Below are positions 35,808 to 44,466 of a stretch of 64,000 nucleotides of DNA, piece by piece. The stretch is taken from the NCBI GenBank assembly GCA_035489575.1, contig DATHJY010000011.1, positions 148,514 through 212,513 of the forward strand, written 5' to 3'. The position numbers were made by a program, and so were the translations under genes. The first letter of the stretch is position 1, and each line of letters starts with the position of its first letter. This DNA comes from Verrucomicrobiia bacterium (lineage in GTDB: Bacteria; Patescibacteriota; Saccharimonadia; Saccharimonadales; JAGQNK01). The notes beneath the pieces are model-generated. The model ran no database searches and was not told the DNA's origin. It saw only the letters and a list, made by a program, of their open reading frames with translations.

Positions 35808-35964
35808 TCACTTCCAGACCCTCTTTCGACTACAAAGTCTGCCTGGTGCACAAAACGCCTGTTTTGCTTCACGACGTATCAACGGATACGTCGCGTCGCA
35901 AGAACAGGCGTTTTGCACTACCAGGACAGCCTTTTCGACTACAAAAGGGGTCCAGAAGTGAGTT
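35808..35964. repeat. ~157-nt imperfect palindrome
   Basis: Nested arms: AACTCACTTCCAGACCC/GGGTCCAGAAGTGAGTT; 35838-63/35903-29; TTGC/GCAA; central CGACGTATC-aacg-GATACGTCG (35872-93). Confidence 0.7.
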
Positions 35965-36626
35965 CTGCTAAACTTTTCTTGAACAAACCCACCCTCATTT
36001 TGCTGTATGGCTTTCCCGGCGCCGGCAAGACCTTTTTTGCCAGGCAATTATGCGACGATATCAGCGCCGCACATGTACAGGGCGACCGCATTCGGTTTGA
36101 GCTGTTTGACCAGCCCCGTTATGACCGTCAAGAGAACGAAATCGTAAACCATCTCATGGAATACATGGCCGAAGAGTTCCTGAACGCTGGTATCAGCGTA
36201 GTGTATGACATGAACGCCTCACGCTTGTCACAGCGCCGAGCTCTGCGCGACCTAGCCCGTCGGGTTAAGGCGCAGCCCGTTCTTATATGGATGCAAGTAG
36301 ACGTCGAGAGCGCCTTTGCCCGCAGCAGCAAGCGTGACCGCCGCAAAGCAGACGACAAGTTTGCCATGCCGCTCGATCGCAGCACCTACGAATCCATCGC
36401 CGGACAGATGCAAAATCCAGAGATGACCGAGGACTTCATGGTTATCAGCGGCAAGCACACCTATCATACGCAGCGCAGCGCGGTTATGAAGAAGCTCTAC
36501 GACATCGGACTTGTCAGTCCCGACAACGCCAACACCAAGATGGTCAAGCCCGGCTTGGTCAACCTGGTGCCCAACCCTATGGGTGGCCGCGTTGATCAGT
36601 CCCGTCGAAATATTGTTATTAGATAG
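35913..36626 (+). CDS. P-loop kinase (AAA_33/zeta-toxin-like ATP-binding protein)
   Basis: Walker A LLYGFPGAGKTFFARQL. Start uncertain: TTG 35913 or GTG 35958, both inside the palindrome. Confidence 0.65.
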   Translation: MHYQDSLFDYKRGPEVSSAKLFLNKPTLILLYGFPGAGKTFFARQLCDDISAAHVQGDRIRFELFDQPRYDRQENEIVNHLMEYMAEEFLNAGISVVYDMNASRLSQRRALRDLARRVKAQPVLIWMQVDVESAFARSSKRDRRKADDKFAMPLDRSTYESIAGQMQNPEMTEDFMVISGKHTYHTQRSAVMKKLYDIGLVSPDNANTKMVKPGLVNLVPNPMGGRVDQSRRNIVIR

Positions 36627-36634
36627 GCAAAACT

Positions 36635-37342
36635 ATGGCAGTAAAAGTTGTGACCATACCAGATTTGGGGACGGTGCATTTATACAAACGTCGTGGCGTC
36701 CGCAGCTTGCGGCTGACCATTGCTCATGATGGAGCCATAAAAGTCAGCATGCCATATTGGCTGCCCTACGCCGCAGGGGCAGAGTTTGCTCGCAGCAAAC
36801 GAGCCTGGATACAGACCAAGCAGGTTGTCACCCAACCCCTGGTCCATGGTACCCGTATTGGCAAATCTCATCACCTGAGCTTTATTGCCGAAAGGGGCCG
36901 TACTACCATGGCCACTCGCATAACCACCACGGGCGAAATTCGGATCTATCACCCGCATACCGTGCAGTCCTCGCACCAGAGCGTCCAGGATGCCGCTGTC
37001 AAAGCCAGCGTCAGGGCCCTGAAGAAACAAGCCCAACGGCTGCTGCCAGGACGCCTGAGGTTTCTGGCCGGGCAACACGGCTTTCAGTACGGCACGGTCA
37101 AGATAAAGCGAATGACCAGCCGTTGGGGCAGCTGCACCGACCAGAAAGACATAGTGCTCAATTGCTACCTCATGCAACTCCCATGGCACCTCATAGACTA
37201 CGTGCTACTGCACGAACTGTTGCACACCCGCATTATGGCCCACGGCCAACCATTTTGGTCCGAGATGGAAGCATTTGTGCCTAACATACAGGCAGTTCGC
37301 AAAGAGATAAAGGCCTACCGCCCAATTTTGCAGACTAGCTAA
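36635..37342 (+). CDS. YgjP-like (DUF45/M48-type) metal-dependent hydrolase
   Basis: WGSCT...LIDYVLLHELLHTRIMAHG contains the HExxH motif typical of the family. Confidence 0.8.
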   Translation: MAVKVVTIPDLGTVHLYKRRGVRSLRLTIAHDGAIKVSMPYWLPYAAGAEFARSKRAWIQTKQVVTQPLVHGTRIGKSHHLSFIAERGRTTMATRITTTGEIRIYHPHTVQSSHQSVQDAAVKASVRALKKQAQRLLPGRLRFLAGQHGFQYGTVKIKRMTSRWGSCTDQKDIVLNCYLMQLPWHLIDYVLLHELLHTRIMAHGQPFWSEMEAFVPNIQAVRKEIKAYRPILQTS

Positions 37343-37383
37343 CAGCTCTAGGTGGTGGAAACCACAAGCTTTGTCTATACTGG

Positions 37384-38502
37384 GTGTTAATGGCCAGCAC
37401 CAAACATCCGCCAGTTGTCACTCCAAAAATTGCCGAGCTGGAGCGCGAGCGGCTTATAAGTCTCATCAACAGCATGGGCGACGGTGTTGTAGCCATAGAC
37501 GAAAACTTCAAGATCGTGGTTACCAACGGTGCGGCGCTAAACATACTGGACATCAACACCTCTCTGGCAAACCGCAAAGTCACAGACATCCTGCACCTGA
37601 TAGACAAGAACAACAAACCCATCAAGCTAGAAAAGCTCATAGCCGACACCAAGACGTCGCTGGCCTCACGCGACTGGAAACTAAAGTACGCCGACAACAA
37701 CGTCATCAATCTGTACACCAGCATAGCCCCGGTACGCCTGGGCTATGGCCAGAAGGGCATGAAGGGCTATGTCATACTGCTGCGTGATATCACGCGCGAA
37801 AAGTCGCTCGAAGAAGAGCGGGACGAGTTCATTAGCGTAGCCAGCCACGAGTTGCGCACACCGTTGGCTATTGCCGAAGGCAACATCAGCAATGCCGAAT
37901 TTATTTTTCACAAATCTGGCAGCGAAGACAAGGCTGTGTCTGACGCCCTGGCCCAAGCCCATACCCAGATAACTTTTCTGGCTGGTCTAGTAAACGACCT
38001 AGCCACCTTGTCCCGGGCCGAACGCGGCAACCTGACCCTGGATATCGAATCCATAAACGCCCACGAGGTGGTCAACGAAGTAGCCAAAGCCTATCAGCCA
38101 GAGGCCGCCGCTAAACAACTAGGGATAAAGACAGAGCTAGATCCATCGCTAGAACTCATCAAATCCGGCAAACTGTACGTGCGTGAAATTTTGCAAAACT
38201 TTGTCACCAACGCCATCAAATACACAGAGAAGGGGCATGTCACCATTGGCGCCCGAAAAGCTGCGGGCGGGGTAAAATTTTATGTAGCAGACACCGGCAT
38301 TGGCATCAGCAAGACCGACCAACAGAAAGTCTTCGAAAAATTCTTTCGTTCAGAAGATTACCGCACCCGCGTCAACAACGGCACCGGCCTAGGCCTGTAT
38401 GTCACCCAAAAACTGGCTAGCCTCCTCAAGGCAAAAATAGAGGTAGAGAGCGAACTAGACAAAGGCTCCACCTTCACTATTTTTATCCCCAATCTTCGAT
38501 GA
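37384..38502 (+). CDS. cytoplasmic PAS-domain sensor histidine kinase (orphan)
   Basis: H-box FISVASHELRTPL. N, G1 and G2 boxes (NAIKYT, DTGIGI, GTGLGL). No TM segment and no adjacent response regulator. Confidence 0.85.
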   Translation: MLMASTKHPPVVTPKIAELERERLISLINSMGDGVVAIDENFKIVVTNGAALNILDINTSLANRKVTDILHLIDKNNKPIKLEKLIADTKTSLASRDWKLKYADNNVINLYTSIAPVRLGYGQKGMKGYVILLRDITREKSLEEERDEFISVASHELRTPLAIAEGNISNAEFIFHKSGSEDKAVSDALAQAHTQITFLAGLVNDLATLSRAERGNLTLDIESINAHEVVNEVAKAYQPEAAAKQLGIKTELDPSLELIKSGKLYVREILQNFVTNAIKYTEKGHVTIGARKAAGGVKFYVADTGIGISKTDQQKVFEKFFRSEDYRTRVNNGTGLGLYVTQKLASLLKAKIEVESELDKGSTFTIFIPNLR

Positions 38503-38522
38503 ACAACAGTGCAGCTACAGGA

Positions 38523-38963
38523 TCAGCCAGCATCGCCAAAAATTACATCGACCAGCCTTGCCTTGTCATAAGAAGCGTTCATGTTTAGCTTCAAGAACTC
38601 ATTTTTAGTAAACCATCCCCATTTTGCAACATGGTCGGTTTTCTTAAGCAACTCCTCTGGCACTGATGCCCTGAAGAATAAGTTCATCCGCGGGACAGCA
38701 TTCACAACGTTTCCAATGTTGTAATGCACAATCTGAAAATCAGACGAAACCTCTTTAGCTGAGACACCAAGTTCTTCCTCTACTTCACGCATCAGAGATA
38801 TTTCAACCGCTTCGCCGTGGTCTACCCCACCGCCAGGCAGTGCCCACCACATATCCTGGGCCTCTTTAACCAAAAGTACTCTGTCGTTTTGAACTATTAA
38901 CACCCTTATCGCGACGCGGTACAAGCAATCATCGATATCGTTTAATCGTGGATCTATTTGCAT
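38523..38963 (-). CDS. Nudix hydrolase
   Basis: Nudix box GGVDHGEAVEISLMREVEEELGV. Confidence 0.8.
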   Translation of the reverse strand: MQIDPRLNDIDDCLYRVAIRVLIVQNDRVLLVKEAQDMWWALPGGGVDHGEAVEISLMREVEEELGVSAKEVSSDFQIVHYNIGNVVNAVPRMNLFFRASVPEELLKKTDHVAKWGWFTKNEFLKLNMNASYDKARLVDVIFGDAG

Positions 38964-39031
38964 GCTCTAAGCATACCTTATCTGATAACTCGCGGCTCCA
39001 TAGCTGCAGTACGTGCCAACATGTACCTTGC

Positions 39032-40519
39032 TTATTTTTGATCAAGAGGCGGCAGCTTTGGGTAGACGTGCATGACCGGGATGCAGATGTTACGACCTTT
39101 CCAATCTATAACCGAGAATTCGTAGCGATACATCGATATCAGGCCATAAGCCAGCTCCATGGCCGCAGCAACCGGAAAGTTCACGAGCGCTATCGGTACA
39201 TTCCCGGGGTTGCTCACATAGACAATCAGTACGTGGGTTGCTACTAGCAGCACACAGGCCGCAGCGGCCAGCGCCTGCGTCGCCCCAAATCCCCAGGCGA
39301 TACCCGACAGCACAACCACAAAAGGCCCATGCACCAAAAAGATCTGTATGCAGGTCAGGGCAAAGGCAACCTCTGGACGGCGCCGAATCTGCGGGTAGTG
39401 CATGCGAATAGCCGTGTCTTGCTGGTCGTTTGGGCTCTTTCTGGTCTGCACGTCTAGTTCGTCGTCGGCCCGCACAAAGCTATAGCCATCAGTCTTCAGC
39501 AGAGCACGGGCAAAGTATCCCTCGGGAATAATGGCGTGGCTTACTGCCCCAAATCCACCAAGCTTCTGGAGGGCCTTGCGCCGGATAACCCAGCACGTGC
39601 TCAAAACCGGCGGACGATTCACGTAGCGGCGTGGCAGCGCCAATTCCCACCAGTAGCGCATGGGCTGTACAAATGCCACCAGCGGGTTGCTATCCATACG
39701 ACGTGGCAACACGCTAACCATATCTTTTTTACGTTCTTGGGCAGTTGCTACCAACGCTTTTATGGTGTGCGGGCCCAGACGTACGTCGACCCCACAGAAT
39801 AAAATGAACTCGCCATTGGCCTCGCTAGCCAGCCGATCATACGCCTGATTCTTGGCCAGCCAACGGTCTTCCGGGGGACTTCCTTTGATAAACCGCACGC
39901 CGTCCTGGGCAAAGGATTTGATAACATCAGCTGTCTTGTCCTGAGAACAATCGTCCAGCACGAGTATCTCCAGCTTTGGATAGTCGCTGGCCACTACAGA
40001 TTTCAGACAAGCCTCTAGGTCAGCAGTTTCGTTGCGAGCCGGAATGGCCACCGTAACGGTTGGCATGTCGCGATCAGCCGTATGCGAAGAACGAGGTACG
40101 TGACGTGATTTTATGAGGTTGCGTATAGTCAGCAACAGAACGCCCGCAGCCCCCACCAACTGCACCGCAGCCAAGGGTCCCAAGACGTCCCTAAACGTAG
40201 CCGGCACGGTGCTTAGCAAGAGGACCGTCGCTACCTGCAAAAATCCCAGCACCAAGCCTGTCCGTCGAGTACTATGCAGCAGATAGCTTTGGTGCATCCG
40301 ACCTTGCGCGATTCGCAGTTGGTTAAACAAACGGAAGCTTGCAATCAGAACCACCACAAATGCCAGAACGGTTCCATACTCATAGAGAATACCCGCCGCT
40401 CCGAAAGCTGTGAGCATAATAGGCAACGCCACCCAAATGCGGCGGCCGCGCCACATAAAACGTCCCGTGTATAATACCCATTCCAGGGCAACACTTAGGA
40501 GAAGCAAAAGCGCGATCAT
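39032..40519 (-). CDS. membrane-embedded family 2 glycosyltransferase
   Basis: TM segments flank a GT2 core: VTVAIPARNE...LEILVLDDCSQDKT. Confidence 0.8.
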   Translation of the reverse strand: MIALLLLLSVALEWVLYTGRFMWRGRRIWVALPIMLTAFGAAGILYEYGTVLAFVVVLIASFRLFNQLRIAQGRMHQSYLLHSTRRTGLVLGFLQVATVLLLSTVPATFRDVLGPLAAVQLVGAAGVLLLTIRNLIKSRHVPRSSHTADRDMPTVTVAIPARNETADLEACLKSVVASDYPKLEILVLDDCSQDKTADVIKSFAQDGVRFIKGSPPEDRWLAKNQAYDRLASEANGEFILFCGVDVRLGPHTIKALVATAQERKKDMVSVLPRRMDSNPLVAFVQPMRYWWELALPRRYVNRPPVLSTCWVIRRKALQKLGGFGAVSHAIIPEGYFARALLKTDGYSFVRADDELDVQTRKSPNDQQDTAIRMHYPQIRRRPEVAFALTCIQIFLVHGPFVVVLSGIAWGFGATQALAAAACVLLVATHVLIVYVSNPGNVPIALVNFPVAAAMELAYGLISMYRYEFSVIDWKGRNICIPVMHVYPKLPPLDQK

Positions 40520-40656
40520 TTCCTACTGACTATAGCATCTCTTAATGGCAATCGCTTGGTATCCTTAGGGTTTGCCTTCCGTGAGTCATGTGATATGCTT
40601 GACATGTGCAAGAACTACCGTACGTGGTAGTTTTTTAAATTCAGGAGTATACCAGA

Positions 40657-41079
40657 GTGGCAGAAGCAAAGAAGAAGCGTCGCGTAGTCAAGCAAGTCGA
40701 GACCGTTCGCGAACAAGCAAATAAGGCTCAAGCAGCCCCAGCCAAAGAGCGACGTGCTCGCCGCACGGCATCAATCGCCGCCAAGCCCATTCGGGCAACT
40801 GGTCGAGTGGTCGCCAAAGGCGCCCGACCATTTAGTTTCCTACTAAAGCCCTTCAAGACCCGGCCCTTACGTTTTGTGGGACGTCTTTTGTATAAAATCC
40901 TCTTTATTGGATACTTCCGCAGCAGCTGGCAAGAAGTCCGCAAGGTAGAATGGCCCGGCAGTCGCGAAACCGTCAAACTGACCTTTGCGGTGTTTGTGTT
41001 TGCCATTACCTTTGGCCTGGTGGTAGCCCTGGTAGATTTTGGCCTGGATAAAGTCTTTAAACAATTACTATTGAGCTAG
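40657..41079 (+). CDS. secE: preprotein translocase subunit SecE (long basic N-terminus)
   Basis: GTG start with RBS CAGGAG. The C-terminal FRSSWQEVRKVEWPGSRETVKLTFAVFVFAITFGLVV is the SecE core TM. Confidence 0.8.
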   Translation: MAEAKKKRRVVKQVETVREQANKAQAAPAKERRARRTASIAAKPIRATGRVVAKGARPFSFLLKPFKTRPLRFVGRLLYKILFIGYFRSSWQEVRKVEWPGSRETVKLTFAVFVFAITFGLVVALVDFGLDKVFKQLLLS

Positions 41080-41097
41080 GGTGGACAAGGAGAGATT

Positions 41098-41640
41098 ATG
41101 ACGAAACGCTATGACGCCAGCAAACAATGGTACGCCATCCATACCTACAGCGGCTACGAAGAAAAGGTGGCTGAAAGTATCCGCCAACGCGCCGATTCTT
41201 TAGACATGAAAGACAAGATCTTTCAGGTATTAGTCCCCAAAGAAAAAATGATCGAAGTTAAAAACGGCAAACGCAAGGTTGTAGAAAAGCGTATTTTCCA
41301 GGGCTATGTTTTGGTTCAGATGAAGATGAGTGAAGACGCCTGGTATATTGTACGCAACACCCCTAGTGTTACTGGGTTTGTAGGCAGCGGCTCAGAACCA
41401 ACACCCGTTGGTAACGACGAGATGGAAAAGATCATGAAGCGCATGGGCCGCGAAGAGCCCAAGCACAAGATCGACTACCGCATTGGCGAAGTTGTGAGTA
41501 TTACCGACGGACCATTCAAGAGCTTTGATGGAACCATCAACGAGATTGACCCTGCCAAGGGCAAGCTAAAAGTCTTAGTTAACATGTTCGGCCGCGAAAC
41601 ACCGGTAGAGCTAGACAGTCTCCAGGTCAAACGCGTCTAA
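41098..41640 (+). CDS. nusG: transcription termination/antitermination factor NusG
   Basis: NGN motif KQWYAIHTYSGYEEKV and KOW motif GEVVSITDGPFKSFDGTI. Confidence 0.92.
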   Translation: MTKRYDASKQWYAIHTYSGYEEKVAESIRQRADSLDMKDKIFQVLVPKEKMIEVKNGKRKVVEKRIFQGYVLVQMKMSEDAWYIVRNTPSVTGFVGSGSEPTPVGNDEMEKIMKRMGREEPKHKIDYRIGEVVSITDGPFKSFDGTINEIDPAKGKLKVLVNMFGRETPVELDSLQVKRV

Positions 41641-41664
41641 GAGCCTGTTCCAGATCTCGCTTAC

Positions 41665-41910
41665 ATGGCTGACCTCACCCCCGAGGCCATAGCTACCGTA
41701 CCGTATCATGCACTAGAAAAAGGGCATGTGGTCTATTTGCAGCAACTTGATTTAGATGGACTTTCATCTGTTATTCGTGAGGCGCTTGCCCAGGACCCAC
41801 CCAAGACACACTCGTGGCGACTATTGGTGGCATGGGTATTGGAGCCTTCAGTGAAATCCCAAAAGTCCCGGGCAATGCCGGTGCCCCCTTACTCTTCGGT
41901 GCGCATCTGA
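41665..41910 (+). CDS. hypothetical protein
   Basis: 81-aa ORF with no RBS or motif recognised. Confidence 0.25.
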   Translation: MADLTPEAIATVPYHALEKGHVVYLQQLDLDGLSSVIREALAQDPPKTHSWRLLVAWVLEPSVKSQKSRAMPVPPYSSVRI

Positions 41911-41991
41911 TTGGGCAGCTCAGGCTGAACGAACGGCTCGGTCTTGAACCACCTTCGCCGGTGTAGAACTGTTGTGAGAATTCTTACATAG

Positions 41992-42020
41992 TTGCAAAAT
42001 TATAGTTATTTCTAAATACT
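41992..42020 (+). promoter_or_regulatory. promoter TTGCAA-17-AATACT, 7 nt before ATG
   Basis: -35 at 41992-97 and -10 at 42015-20, with ATG at 42028. An overlapping TATACT lies at 42020-25. Confidence 0.45.
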
Positions 42021-42027
42021 ATACTTA

Positions 42028-43227
42028 ATGACCATGCAAACTTATGTTGAGGGTGGCCAGGAAGTACTCGAACACTTTACTGCGCCCGCCGATGAAATCA
42101 AGGCGCCAGATACCGAATCGCCCGAGGAGCAATCAGCCGAAGAAGTAGGCTCGCTGACAGGCGACGAAGCTACCATGTCCTATGACGGACTGGCGTCGGC
42201 CACCACCCCAGAAGCTCCAGCCACGGACGACGCTGACATGAAAGCACGGATTGCCGCTCGCCGCGAAAGACGCCACCGTCGTATGCAAACAGGCCATCGC
42301 CAAGGTGGGGCCGATGCCCTAGGCGCATTCCTCAACGAAATCGGTACCGTCTCCCTCCTGACCGCAAATGATGAAAAGGAGCTGGCTCAAACCATAGAAG
42401 CCGGGCGTAAGGCCGAAAAACGGACAAACATGGCCCAAAAAGAGGGCCGCCCACCAGAAGACAAAGACCTAGCCACTATGACCGACGGTGCAGATGCAAA
42501 AAAACGTTTCATGGTGGCCAACCTGCGGCTGGTGGTTAGCATTGCCAAAAAATACCCCTTGCCGGCCAGCATGGAGTTACTGGATCTTATCCAAGAGGGT
42601 ATCCTCGGACTGGACCGTGCCGTGGACAAGTTTGACTGGCGCAAAGGGTTTAAGTTCTCTACCTATGCCACTTGGTGGATTCGCCAGGCAGTGGGCCGGG
42701 CACTTGACCAAAAAGGTAGCCTCGTCCGCATTCGTGGCGAGGCAGGCCCCAACCTCCGGCGGGCTCTCAGGGAAGGCGGCGAGGAAGCCCTAGATGGTGA
42801 ACTTCTGAGAGTCTACCGCATATCCAGCCCTTTTTCGCTGAATAGGCCGAGCGATCCGAATGAGAAAAAGCTAGAGTTTGGCGATATGCTTGCCTCGGAC
42901 GACAGCACCCCAGAAGACGTCGTGGTGCACGGCACCGGACTGTACCGTTCCATCGAAGAGACAAGCCATAAGATGACCGACGAACAACGTCAAGCTGTAG
43001 AAATGCGTTATATGGGGGACGACGAACCGCCCACCTTCGCCGAGATAGGCAAGGAACTGGGTGGCATCAGCGCAGAAGAGGCCAGAAAACTGACCGCCGC
43101 AGGCGTAGATGTATTGCGTGAACCTCTGGAAGTGCTCACCGAGTGGGCAAAGGCAGAAGCCCGGAAGAGAGAGCGCACCCAAGCACACAAGCGTAAGCGT
43201 GATGTACAAGCAGGCCAAGAATCTTAG
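42028..43227 (+). CDS. sigma-70 family RNA polymerase sigma factor, paralog 1
   Basis: Regions 1.2 and 2: FLNEIGTVSLLTANDEKELA, ANLRLVVSIAKKY, LLDLIQEGILGLDRAVDKFDWRKGFKFSTYATWWIRQAVGRAL. Region 4 is divergent. Confidence 0.85.
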   Translation: MTMQTYVEGGQEVLEHFTAPADEIKAPDTESPEEQSAEEVGSLTGDEATMSYDGLASATTPEAPATDDADMKARIAARRERRHRRMQTGHRQGGADALGAFLNEIGTVSLLTANDEKELAQTIEAGRKAEKRTNMAQKEGRPPEDKDLATMTDGADAKKRFMVANLRLVVSIAKKYPLPASMELLDLIQEGILGLDRAVDKFDWRKGFKFSTYATWWIRQAVGRALDQKGSLVRIRGEAGPNLRRALREGGEEALDGELLRVYRISSPFSLNRPSDPNEKKLEFGDMLASDDSTPEDVVVHGTGLYRSIEETSHKMTDEQRQAVEMRYMGDDEPPTFAEIGKELGGISAEEARKLTAAGVDVLREPLEVLTEWAKAEARKRERTQAHKRKRDVQAGQES

Positions 43228-43304
43228 CCTGTGCATAGAATTTCTCGCATTGCGGACTGGCCAGCCTCCGGGGATACGTGCGACAGCATGCCGAAGATAC
43301 TTAA

Positions 43305-43333
43305 TTGCAAAACTATACCACTTTTTAGATACT
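43305..43333 (+). promoter_or_regulatory. promoter TTGCAA-17-GATACT, 6 nt before ATG
   Basis: -35 at 43305-10 and -10 at 43328-33, with ATG at 43340. Confidence 0.45.
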
Positions 43334-43339
43334 AGCCTA

Positions 43340-44434
43340 ATGGAACTGCAAGCATGCGCAAAAACCGAACCGCTGGAATTCGCAGCCACAGAGGACACCG
43401 TTGAAGAAACGGTAGGTGAAATTGTCAGCGACGAAGCGCCCCTAGCACATAATGGGCTTGCACAAACCGTAATCCACCGCCAAATAGACACACCAGACGA
43501 CCGCGAGGCCGAGCGGGCCAGTCGCCAAGAAGCCGCTCGCCAAAGGCGGCAACACCGTCTGCGCAGCCCACGCAGGACGGGCCAAGACTCTATGAGCTGG
43601 TACCTAAGCGAGATTAGCGTGGTCCCACTGCTGACCAAGAAGAAAGAGATCGAACTAGCAAAAGCCATCGAAACGGGCCGTACAGCAACCGAGCTGATCG
43701 ACCAAGGACGTCGCTCTCGGAAACTTCACCAGACCGCGCAAGCAGGACAAGAAGCCAAGGATATCTTTATACGATCCAACCTGCGCCTGGTTGTCAGCGT
43801 TGCTAAAAAATACCGAGTACCACCGAGTATGGAATTACTAGATTTGATCCAAGAAGGCAATCTGGGGCTGGAGCATGCAGTTGATAAATTTGAGTGGCGC
43901 AAAGGATTCAAGTTCTCCACCTATGCTACCTGGTGGATCAAACAAGCAATCGGACGGGCGCTTGACCAAAAAGCCAACCTGATACGCCTGAAGGGCACTC
44001 TGCCAGGAGAACTACGCGGGGCGTTGGCAGCTCAGACACAAGGGTATGATGACACTACGGGCGAACAGCTCGAGGGTGAACTGGGCCTGGCCTATCGGGC
44101 CGCCACCCCCGCCTCTCTTAGCAATGGCAACGAAGATGAACCCGGGCTGGACAACCTGCTACCTTCGCCGCTCAAGGGACCCGAAGAGACCCTGATTGAC
44201 AACGCCGACAGAGCAACGCAGTATCAGTCCATCGAAGAGGCCGCTCACGCCATGAATCCTACACAACTAAGCGCAGTTAAACTGCGATATCTTGGGCCCG
44301 AAAAGCTCAGCTACCGAGCCGTTGGCGAGCAGTTAGGCGTGTCGCCCGAAGGAGCCAGACGCAATGTCATGAAAGGCCTGAAGATCATTCGTCAGGCACT
44401 AAAAGACCAAATCCAGGAGCCTGAGACTATTTAG
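43340..44434 (+). CDS. sigma-70 family sigma factor, paralog 2
   Basis: Start MELQACAKTE is chosen by homology to the paralog N-termini (MTMQTY, MTLQIY). SNLRLVVSVAKKY...STYATWWIKQAIGRAL. Confidence 0.85.
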   Translation: MELQACAKTEPLEFAATEDTVEETVGEIVSDEAPLAHNGLAQTVIHRQIDTPDDREAERASRQEAARQRRQHRLRSPRRTGQDSMSWYLSEISVVPLLTKKKEIELAKAIETGRTATELIDQGRRSRKLHQTAQAGQEAKDIFIRSNLRLVVSVAKKYRVPPSMELLDLIQEGNLGLEHAVDKFEWRKGFKFSTYATWWIKQAIGRALDQKANLIRLKGTLPGELRGALAAQTQGYDDTTGEQLEGELGLAYRAATPASLSNGNEDEPGLDNLLPSPLKGPEETLIDNADRATQYQSIEEAAHAMNPTQLSAVKLRYLGPEKLSYRAVGEQLGVSPEGARRNVMKGLKIIRQALKDQIQEPETI

Positions 44435-44460
44435 TCATAACGGCTAACATCTCATATACT
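44432..44460 (+). promoter_or_regulatory. promoter TAGTCA-17-TATACT, 6 nt before ATG
   Basis: -10 at 44455-60 with ATG at 44467. The -35 overlaps the paralog-2 stop codon. Confidence 0.4.
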
Positions 44461-44466
44461 TCTTTC

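Noticed and set aside
35808-36047. 79-aa minus-strand ORF
   Set aside because: It lies inside the long palindrome and antisense to the P-loop kinase Walker A region. It is probably an artefact of the inverted repeat.
36632-36651. AACTA(T)GGCAGTAAAAGTTGT, repeated at 47432-47451 just after the rplA stop. It was considered as a relic duplication of the ygjP-like gene start.
   Set aside because: A 15-nt exact or 20-nt gapped match is borderline relative to chance in 64 kb. No further similarity extends on either side.
43109-43339. Track start at 43109 for sigma paralog 2, giving 441 aa and overlapping the end of paralog 1
   Set aside because: The extension overlaps the previous gene by 119 nt and has no similarity to the paralogs. 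ATG 43340 aligns with the other N-termini and has its own promoter.
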